64,000 nt of DNA, from IMG/VR virus record IMGVR_UViG_3300020711_000298, positions 36,981 through 100,980 of that record. One strand, written 5' to 3'. Shown one piece after another: positions 39,392-49,256 of the stretch. Position 1 is the stretch's first letter. Every line of letters begins with the position of its first letter. The notes under the pieces are model-generated. The model saw only the letters and a list, made by a program, of their open reading frames with translations, was not told the origin of the DNA and ran no database searches. Both the position numbers and the translations under genes were made by a program. The DNA comes from a virus.

Positions 39392-40075
39392 ATGAAACTA
39401 ATAATAAATAAAGGACAAAAATTATGGTTCACAAGTGATACACACTATAACCATTCAAATATCTGCTCAGCTACTACAAAGTGGACTGGTGCTGAAAATA
39501 TGACTCGTGCTTTTAATTCATTGGAAGATATGAATAAAACATTAGTTGAAAATATAAATTCATGTGTTGAAGAAAATGATGTTTTGATTCATTTGGGTGA
39601 TTGGTCTTTTGGCGGCTTTGATATGATTGAAGAATTTAGAAAGCAAATCAAGTGCAAAAATATTCACCTGGTATTAGGTAATCACGATCATCATATCCAA
39701 AACAACAAGAATAATGTACAATCTCTGTTTAGTTCTATTCACGAATATTTGTATTTGGATTTGAGAATACCAGCTGGAAAAGAAGTAAACAAATTTAGAA
39801 TGGTTTGTATGCATTATCCTCTAGCTAGTTGGAATGGAATGAATGATGGTGTTGTTCACCTTCACGGACACGTTCATCTTCCTAAAGATCTTAGAGTGGC
39901 TAAAGGTAAAGCAATGGATGTTGGTGTTGACGGAAACGATCTATACCCAATTGAATTGTTTCAAATATTGAATATTATGAAAACACAACCGGTTATGAGC
40001 TTGTCATTGCCAAAAGATCATCACGTTAAAAGAGTAGCACCAGTTGAAGAAAAAGGAGGACATTATGGATGTTAG
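39392..40075 (+). CDS. calcineurin-like metallophosphoesterase
   Basis: SDTH, HLGD, GNHD, HYP, HGHVH; start 39392 inferred. Confidence 0.9.
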   Translation: MKLIINKGQKLWFTSDTHYNHSNICSATTKWTGAENMTRAFNSLEDMNKTLVENINSCVEENDVLIHLGDWSFGGFDMIEEFRKQIKCKNIHLVLGNHDHHIQNNKNNVQSLFSSIHEYLYLDLRIPAGKEVNKFRMVCMHYPLASWNGMNDGVVHLHGHVHLPKDLRVAKGKAMDVGVDGNDLYPIELFQILNIMKTQPVMSLSLPKDHHVKRVAPVEEKGGHYGC

Positions 40076-40463
40076 TAAATTACAAGAATTTCTTGAGAGT
40101 GAAGAAGGACAACGTTCTATGGATAAATGGGCTATGGATCTTGCAAATAAACAAGAACATCTAAAACGTTGGGTTGAAAAGTTTAAAAAGTGGGCAGAAC
40201 CAAATATAGATGCTGCTTTAGAAATACTAATCACCAAATATGACTCTTCAGAATATATTGATCGAGAATATAAAATAGGATATGAACCAAGAGAAGAATT
40301 TCTTTGGTTAGCTTTCGAGTATGCTAGACTATATTGTAAACCTTGTGAAGATGAAAAATATTTTAATATGTTTACAGGAGAGGCTTATTATATAGGTTCA
40401 TATGTAATTCAAGTAATGCATGGTCAAGGTTCTGTTATAAGAATTGATAAAATACAAAATTAA
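40065..40463 (+). CDS. hypothetical protein
   Basis: ORF; ATG 40065 inferred. Confidence 0.55.
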   Translation: MDVSKLQEFLESEEGQRSMDKWAMDLANKQEHLKRWVEKFKKWAEPNIDAALEILITKYDSSEYIDREYKIGYEPREEFLWLAFEYARLYCKPCEDEKYFNMFTGEAYYIGSYVIQVMHGQGSVIRIDKIQN

Positions 40464-40467
40464 AACA

Positions 40468-40890
40468 ATGGATAAAATATTATATCTTACAAGAGGTCTT
40501 CCAGGCTCTGGAAAAACAACTCTGGCTCATCAATTAACAAATTTACATTCTATTTGTGAAGCAGATAAATTCTTCTATGATAAAGAAGGTAATTATAATT
40601 GGGATGGAGATAAACTAAATGAGGCTCACAGTTGGTGTGTAAGTGAAGTTAAAGTTCGAATGATGGATAATGCTAGAAATGAACAATTTTATCCTATAAT
40701 AGTTGTTTCAAATACTTTCACTATGGAAAGTGAAATGGAGCCTTACATAGAACTAGCTAAAAAATATGGTTATACAGTAGTTTCATTAATATTGGAAAAT
40801 AGACATGGCTCTGTATCAAAACATAACGTTCCTGTTAAATCTTTGAACAAAATGGAACAAAGATTGCGACAAAATATAAAACTTCGTTAA
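40468..40890 (+). CDS. P-loop kinase (AAA_33 / polynucleotide kinase-like)
   Basis: RGLPGSGKTT, EADKFF, VSNTF, HNVP. Confidence 0.8.
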   Translation: MDKILYLTRGLPGSGKTTLAHQLTNLHSICEADKFFYDKEGNYNWDGDKLNEAHSWCVSEVKVRMMDNARNEQFYPIIVVSNTFTMESEMEPYIELAKKYGYTVVSLILENRHGSVSKHNVPVKSLNKMEQRLRQNIKLR

Positions 40891-40895
40891 AAAAG

Positions 40896-40939
40896 TTTGG
40901 AGGGGCGAATGTCCCTTCGTACATTTACGTAAATAAAAA
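40896..40939 (+). promoter_or_regulatory. promoter TTTG-N20-TACATTTA with ATTTACGTAAAT palindrome
   Basis: Extended motif shared with 42214 and 44223. Confidence 0.65.
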
Positions 40940-40948
40940 TAAAAACAT

Positions 40949-41782
40949 ATGATATTAAACCTAGCATATCCTGAAAATTCTCAGGTAAATTTTCAAATAT
41001 CCCAATTTCCAGATGGGCAACAATCTTTAACTATTCTTTCAGGTGTAGGACCTGAGAATTATATTACTATAAGTTCTCATTTAACTTCATTTGAAGATTT
41101 AGAATTAATAATCTGTACCAATGTGGCTTTAAAAGAAATGGGAGTTAAAAATATTGAGTTGTATGTTCCTTATTTTCTAGGTGCTCGTTCAGATAGGAAA
41201 TTTGGTGAAGGTGGATTTAACTATTTAAAAACTGTTATTTGCCCTATAATCAATTCTCAAAATTTTAGTAAAGTAATAGTTTTAGACCCACATTCAGATG
41301 TACTTGAGGCTTGCTTAAATAATTTTGAAAAAAGAAGCAATATAGGAGTTGTATCTCATGCTCTTCAAGGTATTGATGCTGAAAAAGAAGATACAGTAAT
41401 TATATCTCCTGATGCCGGTGCATTAAAAAAGATATACGATGTTGCTAAGGTATTTGACTTACCAAATGTAATTACAGCAGGTAAGGTTAGAGATATTCCA
41501 ACAGGTAAAATATTAAAAACTGAATTACCTAATATTACTCAATTTGAAGGTAAGAAATTCCTTATCATAGACGATATTTGCGATGGAGGTAGAACGTTTA
41601 TTGAACTAGCGAAAGCAATTAAAGAACAAATCCCTGATGCTGAGTGTTATTTATGTGTTACTCATGGTATTTTTAACCAGGGATTTGATGAATTATCAAC
41701 TTATTTTAAAAAAATCTATTGTACAAATAGTGTAAAAGATTTTAATTGGAAACCTTTTATTAATCAACTAGATGTATTTTAA
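40949..41782 (+). CDS. PRPP-synthetase-like protein (candidate Adps of NARP1)
   Basis: FPDG, PYFLGARSDR, DPHS, SPDAGA, IIDDICDGGRT, THG; paired with NAMPT-like gene. Confidence 0.85.
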   Translation: MILNLAYPENSQVNFQISQFPDGQQSLTILSGVGPENYITISSHLTSFEDLELIICTNVALKEMGVKNIELYVPYFLGARSDRKFGEGGFNYLKTVICPIINSQNFSKVIVLDPHSDVLEACLNNFEKRSNIGVVSHALQGIDAEKEDTVIISPDAGALKKIYDVAKVFDLPNVITAGKVRDIPTGKILKTELPNITQFEGKKFLIIDDICDGGRTFIELAKAIKEQIPDAECYLCVTHGIFNQGFDELSTYFKKIYCTNSVKDFNWKPFINQLDVF

Positions 41783-41784
41783 TT

Positions 41785-42210
41785 ATGGACTTAACAAATA
41801 AATACGTTACCCGTCTTAGGAAAGAGTGGGAACAATATGGAAAAATTATAGTTGCAGTAGACTTTGATGACACTATTTCTCCTTGGAAATTTTCAAAAGA
41901 AGAACTTCAAGACACAGTAGACTTAGTAAAAGAAGTACAACAAACCGGAGCTTACATTGTTATATTTACAGCCTGTTCTCCAGATAGATATGAAGAAATT
42001 TCATCTTATGTTAATTCTTTAGGTATCAAAGTAGATGCTATCAATCAAACACCGATAGAGATACCTTATGGTAATCATAACAAAATCTATGCCAATATCT
42101 TTTTAGATGATCGCGCAGGACTTGAAGAAGCCAAAAAAATATTGCGAGAATGCATGTATCTTCAAAGAAGCTTTAAAAGATCGCAAATTACTTTGGACGA
42201 AGTTGGATAA
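41785..42210 (+). CDS. HAD-superfamily hydrolase-like protein
   Basis: VAVDFDDTI motif I, FTA motif II, FLDDRA motif IV. Confidence 0.7.
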   Translation: MDLTNKYVTRLRKEWEQYGKIIVAVDFDDTISPWKFSKEELQDTVDLVKEVQQTGAYIVIFTACSPDRYEEISSYVNSLGIKVDAINQTPIEIPYGNHNKIYANIFLDDRAGLEEAKKILRECMYLQRSFKRSQITLDEVG

Positions 42211-42213
42211 AAA

Positions 42214-42257
42214 TTTGGCTACCTCAAACATTAGTCGTATATTTACGTAAATAAAAA
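42214..42257 (+). promoter_or_regulatory. promoter TTTG-N20-TATATTTA with TATTTACGTAAATA palindrome
   Basis: Seen directly. Confidence 0.65.
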
Positions 42258-42268
42258 ATTAAAAAATT

Positions 42269-43771
42269 ATGTTTAAACCAGTTAGTTTATTTTACACAGA
42301 CGGATATAAGATTGGCCACAAGAAAATGTTGGCCCCAGGAACCACAAAATTATATGGTACTTGGATTCCTCGTAGCACAAAGTATGCTCCTACCGGTGTT
42401 ACAAAAATAGTATCGTTTGGTCAACAGCTTGTAGTTCGTTGGTTAAATGATGAGTTTACAGAACATTTTTTCAACCAACCAAAATCAGTAGCAACCCAAT
42501 TTGGTAAAGATATGTCAATGTATCTTGGAATGGATTATGATGCTACCCATTTTGAAGCACTTCATGATTTAGGTTATTTACCTATTCGAATTAAAGCATT
42601 ACCAGAAGGTATTGAAACATTACCTAATGTTCCTCATATGACCTTTATTAACACCGTAGATGGTTTTGCTTGGTTAACTTTATATTTGGAAACAATTATT
42701 TCCTCTTTGGCTTGGAAACCTTCAACATCAGCCACTATTGCTCTACAATATCGTAGGAATTTAGTTCAATGGGTTATGAAAACAGATCCGGCTAATGCAT
42801 TTTTAATTCCTTTCCTTGCTCATGATTTCTCTGCTCGCGGTTTATCACCTTGGGATATGTTATCAAGCGGTTTAGGACATGCTACTTCGTTTAGAGGTTC
42901 TGATACCATTATTTGTATTCCGGGTGCTCGTTATTTTTATAATGAACCTGAAACAGAGGTTTGTATCAATTCAGTAAATGCTTCTGAACATAGCGTTTCA
43001 ACAACTAAAATCTTTACGGTTGGTGAACAACAAATGATTGCGGATTGGTTGGTTGATTTTCCTAAAGGAATATTATCAATCGTATCAGATACATTTGATT
43101 TATGGAAATTAATTACCGAATATTTACCAGCAAACAAAGAAGCGATAATGGCTCGTGACGGTAAGTTAGTCATTCGTCCTGACTCAGGTGATCCAGTTGA
43201 TATTATCTGTGGTTCATTTTTACAAAGTGACCGAGATTTATCGGAAAACAAAAATGCAATTTGGACAAGTGAAGAAAAAGGTGTAATCGAATTACTTTGG
43301 GAAATCTTCGGTGGTACAATCAACGAACAAGGTTACAAAGTTCTTGATCCACACATCGGAGCCATTTACGGTGACTCAATTACATTGGAACGTCAGATTC
43401 AAATATATGAAAGGTTAGCCGCTAAAGGTTTTGCTTCAACTAATATTGTACTCGGTATTGGTTCTTATACATATCAAATGAATACTCGTGATACATTAGG
43501 TTTTGCTGCTAAAGGTGCCTGGTTTGAAGTTGATAAAAATGGTACTAAGGTTGGTTATGATATTTACAAAGATCCAGTAACCGATTCAGGTAAAACAAAG
43601 AAATCTTTGAAAGGTCTTATTATGGTAGATGAAAATCTTGAAGTACACACCCAATGTACACCTCAACAAGAGGCTCAAGGTTTACTACAAACCATTTATA
43701 TGGATGGTAAATTCTACAATCAAACAACATTAACTGAAATTCGCGCTAAACTTGAACAAATATGCAAATAA
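42269..43771 (+). CDS. nicotinamide phosphoribosyltransferase-like protein (candidate Namat of NARP1)
   Basis: TDGYKIGH, HDFSARG, ASEHSV, VSDTFD, IRPDSGDP, IYGDSI, KKSLKG. Confidence 0.88.
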   Translation: MFKPVSLFYTDGYKIGHKKMLAPGTTKLYGTWIPRSTKYAPTGVTKIVSFGQQLVVRWLNDEFTEHFFNQPKSVATQFGKDMSMYLGMDYDATHFEALHDLGYLPIRIKALPEGIETLPNVPHMTFINTVDGFAWLTLYLETIISSLAWKPSTSATIALQYRRNLVQWVMKTDPANAFLIPFLAHDFSARGLSPWDMLSSGLGHATSFRGSDTIICIPGARYFYNEPETEVCINSVNASEHSVSTTKIFTVGEQQMIADWLVDFPKGILSIVSDTFDLWKLITEYLPANKEAIMARDGKLVIRPDSGDPVDIICGSFLQSDRDLSENKNAIWTSEEKGVIELLWEIFGGTINEQGYKVLDPHIGAIYGDSITLERQIQIYERLAAKGFASTNIVLGIGSYTYQMNTRDTLGFAAKGAWFEVDKNGTKVGYDIYKDPVTDSGKTKKSLKGLIMVDENLEVHTQCTPQQEAQGLLQTIYMDGKFYNQTTLTEIRAKLEQICK

Positions 43772-44235
43772 TCAAACCAAACACATTTAACCAAGATAAA
43801 TCATCTATTACTGTATTTTTAGCAGGCTCCATTGAAATGGGGGCTGCTGAAAATTGGCAGCAAAAACTAGAAAATATTCTTGAAGATATTGAACAAGAAA
43901 TAACATTGTTTAATCCTCGCCGCGATGATTGGGATTCAAGTTGGGTACAAAAACAAACCAATCCTCAATTCAACCATCAAGTAAATTGGGAATTAAACAT
44001 GCTAGATAAATCAGATATTATATTCATGTATTTTTCTCCAGAAACAAAATCTCCTATTTCGTTGCTTGAATTGGGTTTATATGCTCATAACGGTAAAATG
44101 ATAGTGTGTTGTCCTGATGAGTTTTGGAGGAAAGGTAACGTTGATATTGTTTGTACACGATATAACATTCCATTGTTTAACAATTTTGATGAAGCTGTTG
44201 GTGCTCTACTTACTAAAATAAGTTTGGCTTATTAA
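43762..44235 (+). CDS. nucleoside 2-deoxyribosyltransferase-like protein
   Basis: VFLAGSI, FNPRR, QVNWEL, SPISLLELG. Confidence 0.8.
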   Translation: MQIIKPNTFNQDKSSITVFLAGSIEMGAAENWQQKLENILEDIEQEITLFNPRRDDWDSSWVQKQTNPQFNHQVNWELNMLDKSDIIFMYFSPETKSPISLLELGLYAHNGKMIVCCPDEFWRKGNVDIVCTRYNIPLFNNFDEAVGALLTKISLAY

Positions 44236-44266
44236 AAAATAGATCGTATATTTACGGAAATAAAAA
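44223..44266 (+). promoter_or_regulatory. promoter TTTG-N20-TATATTTA (CGTATATTTACGGAAATAAAAA)
   Basis: Third copy of extended motif. Confidence 0.65.
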
Positions 44267-44278
44267 AAAAATAAGGTT

Positions 44279-44716
44279 ATGAAAGAACAATTTGTACCAT
44301 ACGAAATAGCCAAAAAATTAGAAGAGAAAGGATTTGATGAAGAATGTTTAGCTGGTTATTATGTGTTTGGTGGTAATAAAGAACAAGGTGGTGATGAACA
44401 AACAGAGCCAGAACTTTTTATGGATGGATATGATATTGATTATAGAGAGGCAGAATTAAATATGCACGCATATTATTATTGTGATGCACCTCTTTGGCAA
44501 CAAGTAGTTGATTGGCTTCGTGAAGAAAAGAATATAAATATAATCATTGATAAAGTAAGCGATTCAGAATATGTTTATCATAATTATTTTCAAGAATTAA
44601 TTACAGGTAAAGGTCGAATAAAATTTGGTGCTGGGCAGGATGAAGATATTGAGATTGAATATACTTACTTTCAAGCAAGACAAGCAGCAATCGAACATGC
44701 ATTAACACTTATTTAA
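44279..44716 (+). CDS. hypothetical protein, tandem paralog 1
   Basis: Shares MKEQFVPYEIA, APLWQQVxDWLRE, IEHALTLI with next ORF. Confidence 0.7.
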   Translation: MKEQFVPYEIAKKLEEKGFDEECLAGYYVFGGNKEQGGDEQTEPELFMDGYDIDYREAELNMHAYYYCDAPLWQQVVDWLREEKNINIIIDKVSDSEYVYHNYFQELITGKGRIKFGAGQDEDIEIEYTYFQARQAAIEHALTLI

Positions 44717-44717
44717 T

Positions 44718-45116
44718 ATGAAAGAACAATTTGTACCATACGAAATAGCTATAATCTTAAAAGAAAAAGGTTTTAATGAAGATTGTTTAGGTATATATAT
44801 CGATAAAGAATTAACTATAGGTTTACCGGAAACTACATTAAATGTAATTACTAAATATTATGATATTCTTGAAAAAGAAGAATATTTATTAGCTCCTTTA
44901 TGGCAACAAGTAATTGATTGGTTAAGGGAAAAACATCGTTTTATTATAACCATAGATTTTTTAAACAAACAAGAATCATTACACCCTAACGACCCAGAAT
45001 GGACATCAGAATTATATAATATGGATAACTTTCATCATATCATAGCTGAATACGATAGATACTCATACGAAGACGCAAGACAAGTAACTATTGAACACGC
45101 ACTAACATTAATATAA
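44718..45116 (+). CDS. hypothetical protein, tandem paralog 2
   Basis: Same three conserved blocks as 44279 ORF. Confidence 0.7.
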   Translation: MKEQFVPYEIAIILKEKGFNEDCLGIYIDKELTIGLPETTLNVITKYYDILEKEEYLLAPLWQQVIDWLREKHRFIITIDFLNKQESLHPNDPEWTSELYNMDNFHHIIAEYDRYSYEDARQVTIEHALTLI

Positions 45117-45181
45117 TATGGTAATAAAAATCTTTATAGCAATAATAATAACACTTATACTTTTACCTAATTTTAAAAAAA

Positions 45182-46318
45182 ATGGAAAATAACAATAGCG
45201 TTTGCTTCATAGCAAAAATAAACGAAATAAAAGAAATACCTGGAGCCGACAACATCGAACAGGCAATGGTAGGTAACTGGTCTTGCATCATTAAAAAAGG
45301 AGCTTATGCCGAAGGTGGTTTAGTGGTTTGTGCTACTACAGATGCTGTTATACCTGAAGACTTGGCCGAAAAGATGAACGTAACAAACTACTTACGTAAG
45401 GGTAACCGTGTGCGTACAGTAAAGCTTCGTGGGGTCTATTCCGAGTGTTTGATCATACCACTAATGTTTATTCCTAAAACATTTCAAGGCAAAATAGTAG
45501 AAGGAGCAGATATGATGGAGGTAATGGGAATTACAAAGTTTGAACCCCCAGTAAAGCAAATTCAACTCGCTTCAGGTAAAAAAATACGCTATAGTGAAAA
45601 TCCAAATTTTCATATATACTATAAATTTCCAAATCTTAAAAACGTATCAGGTATGTTTACAGAAGAGGACTCGGTTCAAATCACACGTAAGATACACGGC
45701 ACAAATGCTCGTTATGGTATAGTGAAAAAGAACAAATTATCTTTTTGGGATAAATTCAGAAAGTTCTTTAGGATAGCTAATGAATGGATTGATTACGAGT
45801 TTGTAGTAGGTTCACATAACGTTGAAAAGGGATCCGATTCTCAAGGTTTCTATGATACAAATGTTTGGTATGAAATAGCCAACAAATATAAGATCAAAGA
45901 AAAGCTTTGGGATTATGTAAAAAAGTATATGCCTTTAGAAGAACTAGGTTCTGGTGTTGTGATATATGGTGAAATCTACGGTGCCGGTATTCAAAGGGGT
46001 TATGATTATGGTCTTAAGGATATTCAATTTGCTGGATTTGATGTTATGGAAAATGGGCAATATTTGAGTACGTTTAATACTCTTCTTGTTTTGAAAAGCA
46101 TGATGGATTTACCTCATGTCCCTGTATTATACGATGGTCATTGGTCTCAAGAAATTCAAGATAAACTTACATTCAATAACTTTATTGAAGGTACAAAAGT
46201 ACCACACGAAGGTATTGTTATCAAGCATACTTCAGGTGATCGTTCTAAAGTCGCAAAGGTGATTAACCCCGACTATTTGATTTACGGAGAAAAACACGAT
46301 ATAGGAGATTCACATTAA
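45182..46318 (+). CDS. RNA ligase (DRB0094-like family)
   Basis: N-terminal IPGADNIE..VKLRGVYSE; motif I KIHGTN, IYGEIYG, FDV, EGIVIK, KVINPDYL. Confidence 0.85.
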   Translation: MENNNSVCFIAKINEIKEIPGADNIEQAMVGNWSCIIKKGAYAEGGLVVCATTDAVIPEDLAEKMNVTNYLRKGNRVRTVKLRGVYSECLIIPLMFIPKTFQGKIVEGADMMEVMGITKFEPPVKQIQLASGKKIRYSENPNFHIYYKFPNLKNVSGMFTEEDSVQITRKIHGTNARYGIVKKNKLSFWDKFRKFFRIANEWIDYEFVVGSHNVEKGSDSQGFYDTNVWYEIANKYKIKEKLWDYVKKYMPLEELGSGVVIYGEIYGAGIQRGYDYGLKDIQFAGFDVMENGQYLSTFNTLLVLKSMMDLPHVPVLYDGHWSQEIQDKLTFNNFIEGTKVPHEGIVIKHTSGDRSKVAKVINPDYLIYGEKHDIGDSH

Positions 46319-47269
46319 ATGAAAAAACAAAATATTCCTCCTATAATAAAGGAGATTAAAAATAAAATTTTCCCTCAAATTGATTATAGTTACCAAAAAT
46401 CAATTTCGTATAGTCAATTATCTATGTTTAGAAGTTGCCCACACAAATGGGAACTTCAATATAAAGAAGGACACCATATATCAGAACAATCCATTAATCT
46501 TACTTTTGGAACAGCTCTCCATGAAACTTTACAACATTATTTAACTACATTTTATGAAGTAAGTGGAGCAGCTGCTGACAGAATAGATTTAGAAACATAT
46601 TTTCAAGATAAACTAGGTGAAACTTATAGATTAAATTATAAAGCAAATAAAAACATTCATTTCAGTGACCCAGTAGAATTAAGAGAATTTTATGATGACG
46701 GCTTAGAAATTTTAAATTTTATTAAAAAGAAAAAAGGTGGATATTTTAGTAAAAAAGGATGGCATTTAATAGGGTGTGAAATACCAATTCAATTATCACC
46801 AAATCCATTATTTAAACACGTAATATACAAGGGCTTCTTAGATTTGGTACTATACCATGAGCCCACTAATACTATTAAAATTATCGATATTAAAACATCA
46901 ACTCGCGGGTGGGATGATAAAACTAAAAAAGATGAGGATAAACAATTCCAATTAATATTATATAAACAATTTTTTAGTCAAATATATAATATACCTGTTG
47001 ATAATATTGAGATAGAATTCTTTATAGTTAAACGAAAAGTACCTGAAGTAAGTGATTTTCCTATTAAACGAGTACAAATATTTTCTCCTCCTAGTGGTAA
47101 AATAAAACTAAATAAAGCTAATATAACTGTAAATGAATTTATCGAAGAGGTATTTGATTCAAACGGCAAATACCAAGATAAAAAATATTCACCTAATCCA
47201 TCTGCTCATAATTGTCGTTTTTGTCCTTACAAAGAAAATAAAGAACTTTGTGATAAAGGGTTATTTTAG
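46319..47269 (+). CDS. PD-(D/E)XK exonuclease (Cas4/RecB-like)
   Basis: SYSQL..CP, FGTALHE, GFLDLV, IIDIKTS, QLILY, CRFCPY..C. Confidence 0.85.
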   Translation: MKKQNIPPIIKEIKNKIFPQIDYSYQKSISYSQLSMFRSCPHKWELQYKEGHHISEQSINLTFGTALHETLQHYLTTFYEVSGAAADRIDLETYFQDKLGETYRLNYKANKNIHFSDPVELREFYDDGLEILNFIKKKKGGYFSKKGWHLIGCEIPIQLSPNPLFKHVIYKGFLDLVLYHEPTNTIKIIDIKTSTRGWDDKTKKDEDKQFQLILYKQFFSQIYNIPVDNIEIEFFIVKRKVPEVSDFPIKRVQIFSPPSGKIKLNKANITVNEFIEEVFDSNGKYQDKKYSPNPSAHNCRFCPYKENKELCDKGLF

Positions 47270-47311
47270 TATCTTTTTATATATTTATATAAGACACTAA
47301 ATAATTAAATT

Positions 47312-47566
47312 ATGATAAAAAATTACATTGATTACCTTAGAGCATTCTTTAGGAATTGGAAAGAAATTAAAGAAAACATTAATCGTATTATAGCGCAAGA
47401 TTTAATTCATCGCAAAGTTGTTTTACATACAGATGATTTGAATGAAACATTTGCACGAATGAAGTATATAATGGATTATAAACCCACTTATAAGCAAAAA
47501 CAATTACCTCTTCCAAATTCTGGAGAATTAATTGATGTAACTAAAATATTTAAAAATCAAAACTAA
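47312..47566 (+). CDS. hypothetical protein
   Basis: 84-aa ORF behind ATATTTATA motif. Confidence 0.5.
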   Translation: MIKNYIDYLRAFFRNWKEIKENINRIIAQDLIHRKVVLHTDDLNETFARMKYIMDYKPTYKQKQLPLPNSGELIDVTKIFKNQN

Positions 47567-47578
47567 ATAAACAACATC

Positions 47579-47782
47579 ATGGAAAAAAAAGAAATGGTAT
47601 TAACATCAGTAAAAATCCCAAGTGATTTATTTGATGATTTTAAAGTAGCATCAGTAAGGTTAAAATTTAGTTTACAAAAACTAGTAGAAAGATCTATGGT
47701 TCTATATTTGGAAAATGAAGAATTTAGAAAACAACTACATAGTTTTAATAGTATAAATTACAAAAGCAAACTTGAAGAATAA
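47579..47782 (+). CDS. ribbon-helix-helix-like small DNA-binding protein
   Basis: LTSVKIPSDLFDDFK..SLQKLVERSM strand-helix-helix pattern. Confidence 0.5.
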   Translation: MEKKEMVLTSVKIPSDLFDDFKVASVRLKFSLQKLVERSMVLYLENEEFRKQLHSFNSINYKSKLEE

Positions 47783-47821
47783 GTTTGGAAATATAAAAGT
47801 TATTAATTAACATTAAGTTAT

Positions 47822-49255
47822 ATGAAACCACAGTTTATGTATTTACCTCCAGAGAAGAGGAAGAAAATTCTCCTAATCACAGACGATATTAGAGTACACT
47901 CAGGTGTAGCAACAGTAGGTAGAGAAATAATTTTACATACTGCTCAACATTTTAATTGGGTTAATATTGGAGGCTCAGTACAGCATCCTGAAGAAGGTAA
48001 ACGTTTAGATTTATCCCAATCAACTAATGAAACAGCAGGATTAACAGATTCATCTGTAACATTATACCCAACAAGCGGGTACGGAAACCCAGATATGTTA
48101 CGTGCTATAATTAATATTGAAAAACCAGATGCTTTAATGTTAATCACCGATCCAAGATATTTTACTTGGGTGTTTCAAATGGAAAATGAAATCCGTAAAA
48201 GTATTCCTATTACTTACTTAAACATATGGGATGATTATCCAGCTCCATTATATAACAGAGCTTTTTATGAATCATGTGATTTATTGATGGGTATAAGTAA
48301 ACAAACAGTCAATATTAATAAATTAGTATTAGGTGATAAAATAAAAAATAAAATTATAACTTATGTTCCTCATGGTTTGAATCATGAAATGATGAAACCT
48401 ATAGATAAAAATGATCCTGAATTAATTAAATTCAAGAAAAATTTATTTGGAAATAAAGAATATGATTTTGTTTTATTCTTTAATTCACGTAATATTAGAC
48501 GTAAACAAATACCTGACACAATGTTGGCTTATAAGTTATTTATAGATCAACTATCTATTGAACAAGCTAAGAAATGTGCTTTTGTATTACATACTGAAAT
48601 AGTAAGTGAACATGGTACTGATTTAGAAGCGGTTAGAGAATTACTTCTAAATGAAGATAAATATAATGTTTATTTCTCAACTGAAAGATATAGCACACAA
48701 CAAATGAATTTTTTATATAATTGTTCTGATGCTCAAATATTATTAACTTCAAATGAAGGATGGGGATTAAGTTTAACTGAAGCTATATTAGCAGGTAAAC
48801 CAATAATAGCTAATGTAACTGGTGGTATGCAAGATCAAATGCGTTTTTCTAAAGACGGTAAATGGATTGATTTTGATGCTGATTTTCCTTCAAATCATAA
48901 TGGTACAATTAAAGAATGTGGAGAATGGGCATTTCCGGTATTTCCATCTAATCGTTCTATTGTAGGTTCACCTATGACTCCTTATATTTGGGATGATAGA
49001 TGTACTGCTGAAGATGCTGCTATTCAAATTATGAATGTTTATCAATTAGATAAAGAAGAAAGAGAACGTAGAGGATTAGCAGGTAGAGAATGGGCTATTG
49101 GAGAAGAAGCAGGATTCACATCTGAAATAATGGGTGAAAGAGTTATAAATTCATTAGATATTTTATTTGATATTTGGGAACCAAGAGAAAAATATGAAAT
49201 AGTAAATGTAAATGAATCAAAAGATAACATTGTAAACCATAAATTAGTATATTAA
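47822..49255 (+). CDS. glycosyltransferase (GT-B, GT4-like)
   Basis: HSGVATVG, VPHG, RNIRRKQ, NEGWGLSLTEA. Confidence 0.85.
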   Translation: MKPQFMYLPPEKRKKILLITDDIRVHSGVATVGREIILHTAQHFNWVNIGGSVQHPEEGKRLDLSQSTNETAGLTDSSVTLYPTSGYGNPDMLRAIINIEKPDALMLITDPRYFTWVFQMENEIRKSIPITYLNIWDDYPAPLYNRAFYESCDLLMGISKQTVNINKLVLGDKIKNKIITYVPHGLNHEMMKPIDKNDPELIKFKKNLFGNKEYDFVLFFNSRNIRRKQIPDTMLAYKLFIDQLSIEQAKKCAFVLHTEIVSEHGTDLEAVRELLLNEDKYNVYFSTERYSTQQMNFLYNCSDAQILLTSNEGWGLSLTEAILAGKPIIANVTGGMQDQMRFSKDGKWIDFDADFPSNHNGTIKECGEWAFPVFPSNRSIVGSPMTPYIWDDRCTAEDAAIQIMNVYQLDKEERERRGLAGREWAIGEEAGFTSEIMGERVINSLDILFDIWEPREKYEIVNVNESKDNIVNHKLVY

Positions 49256-49256
49256 A

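Noticed and set aside
44279-45116. Diversity-generating retroelement TR/VR pair
   Set aside because: No reverse transcriptase in the window and differences are not adenine-specific
46319-47269. Cas4-like nuclease as a sign of CRISPR-Cas
   Set aside because: No repeat-spacer array or other cas genes; solo PD-(D/E)XK exonucleases are common in phages
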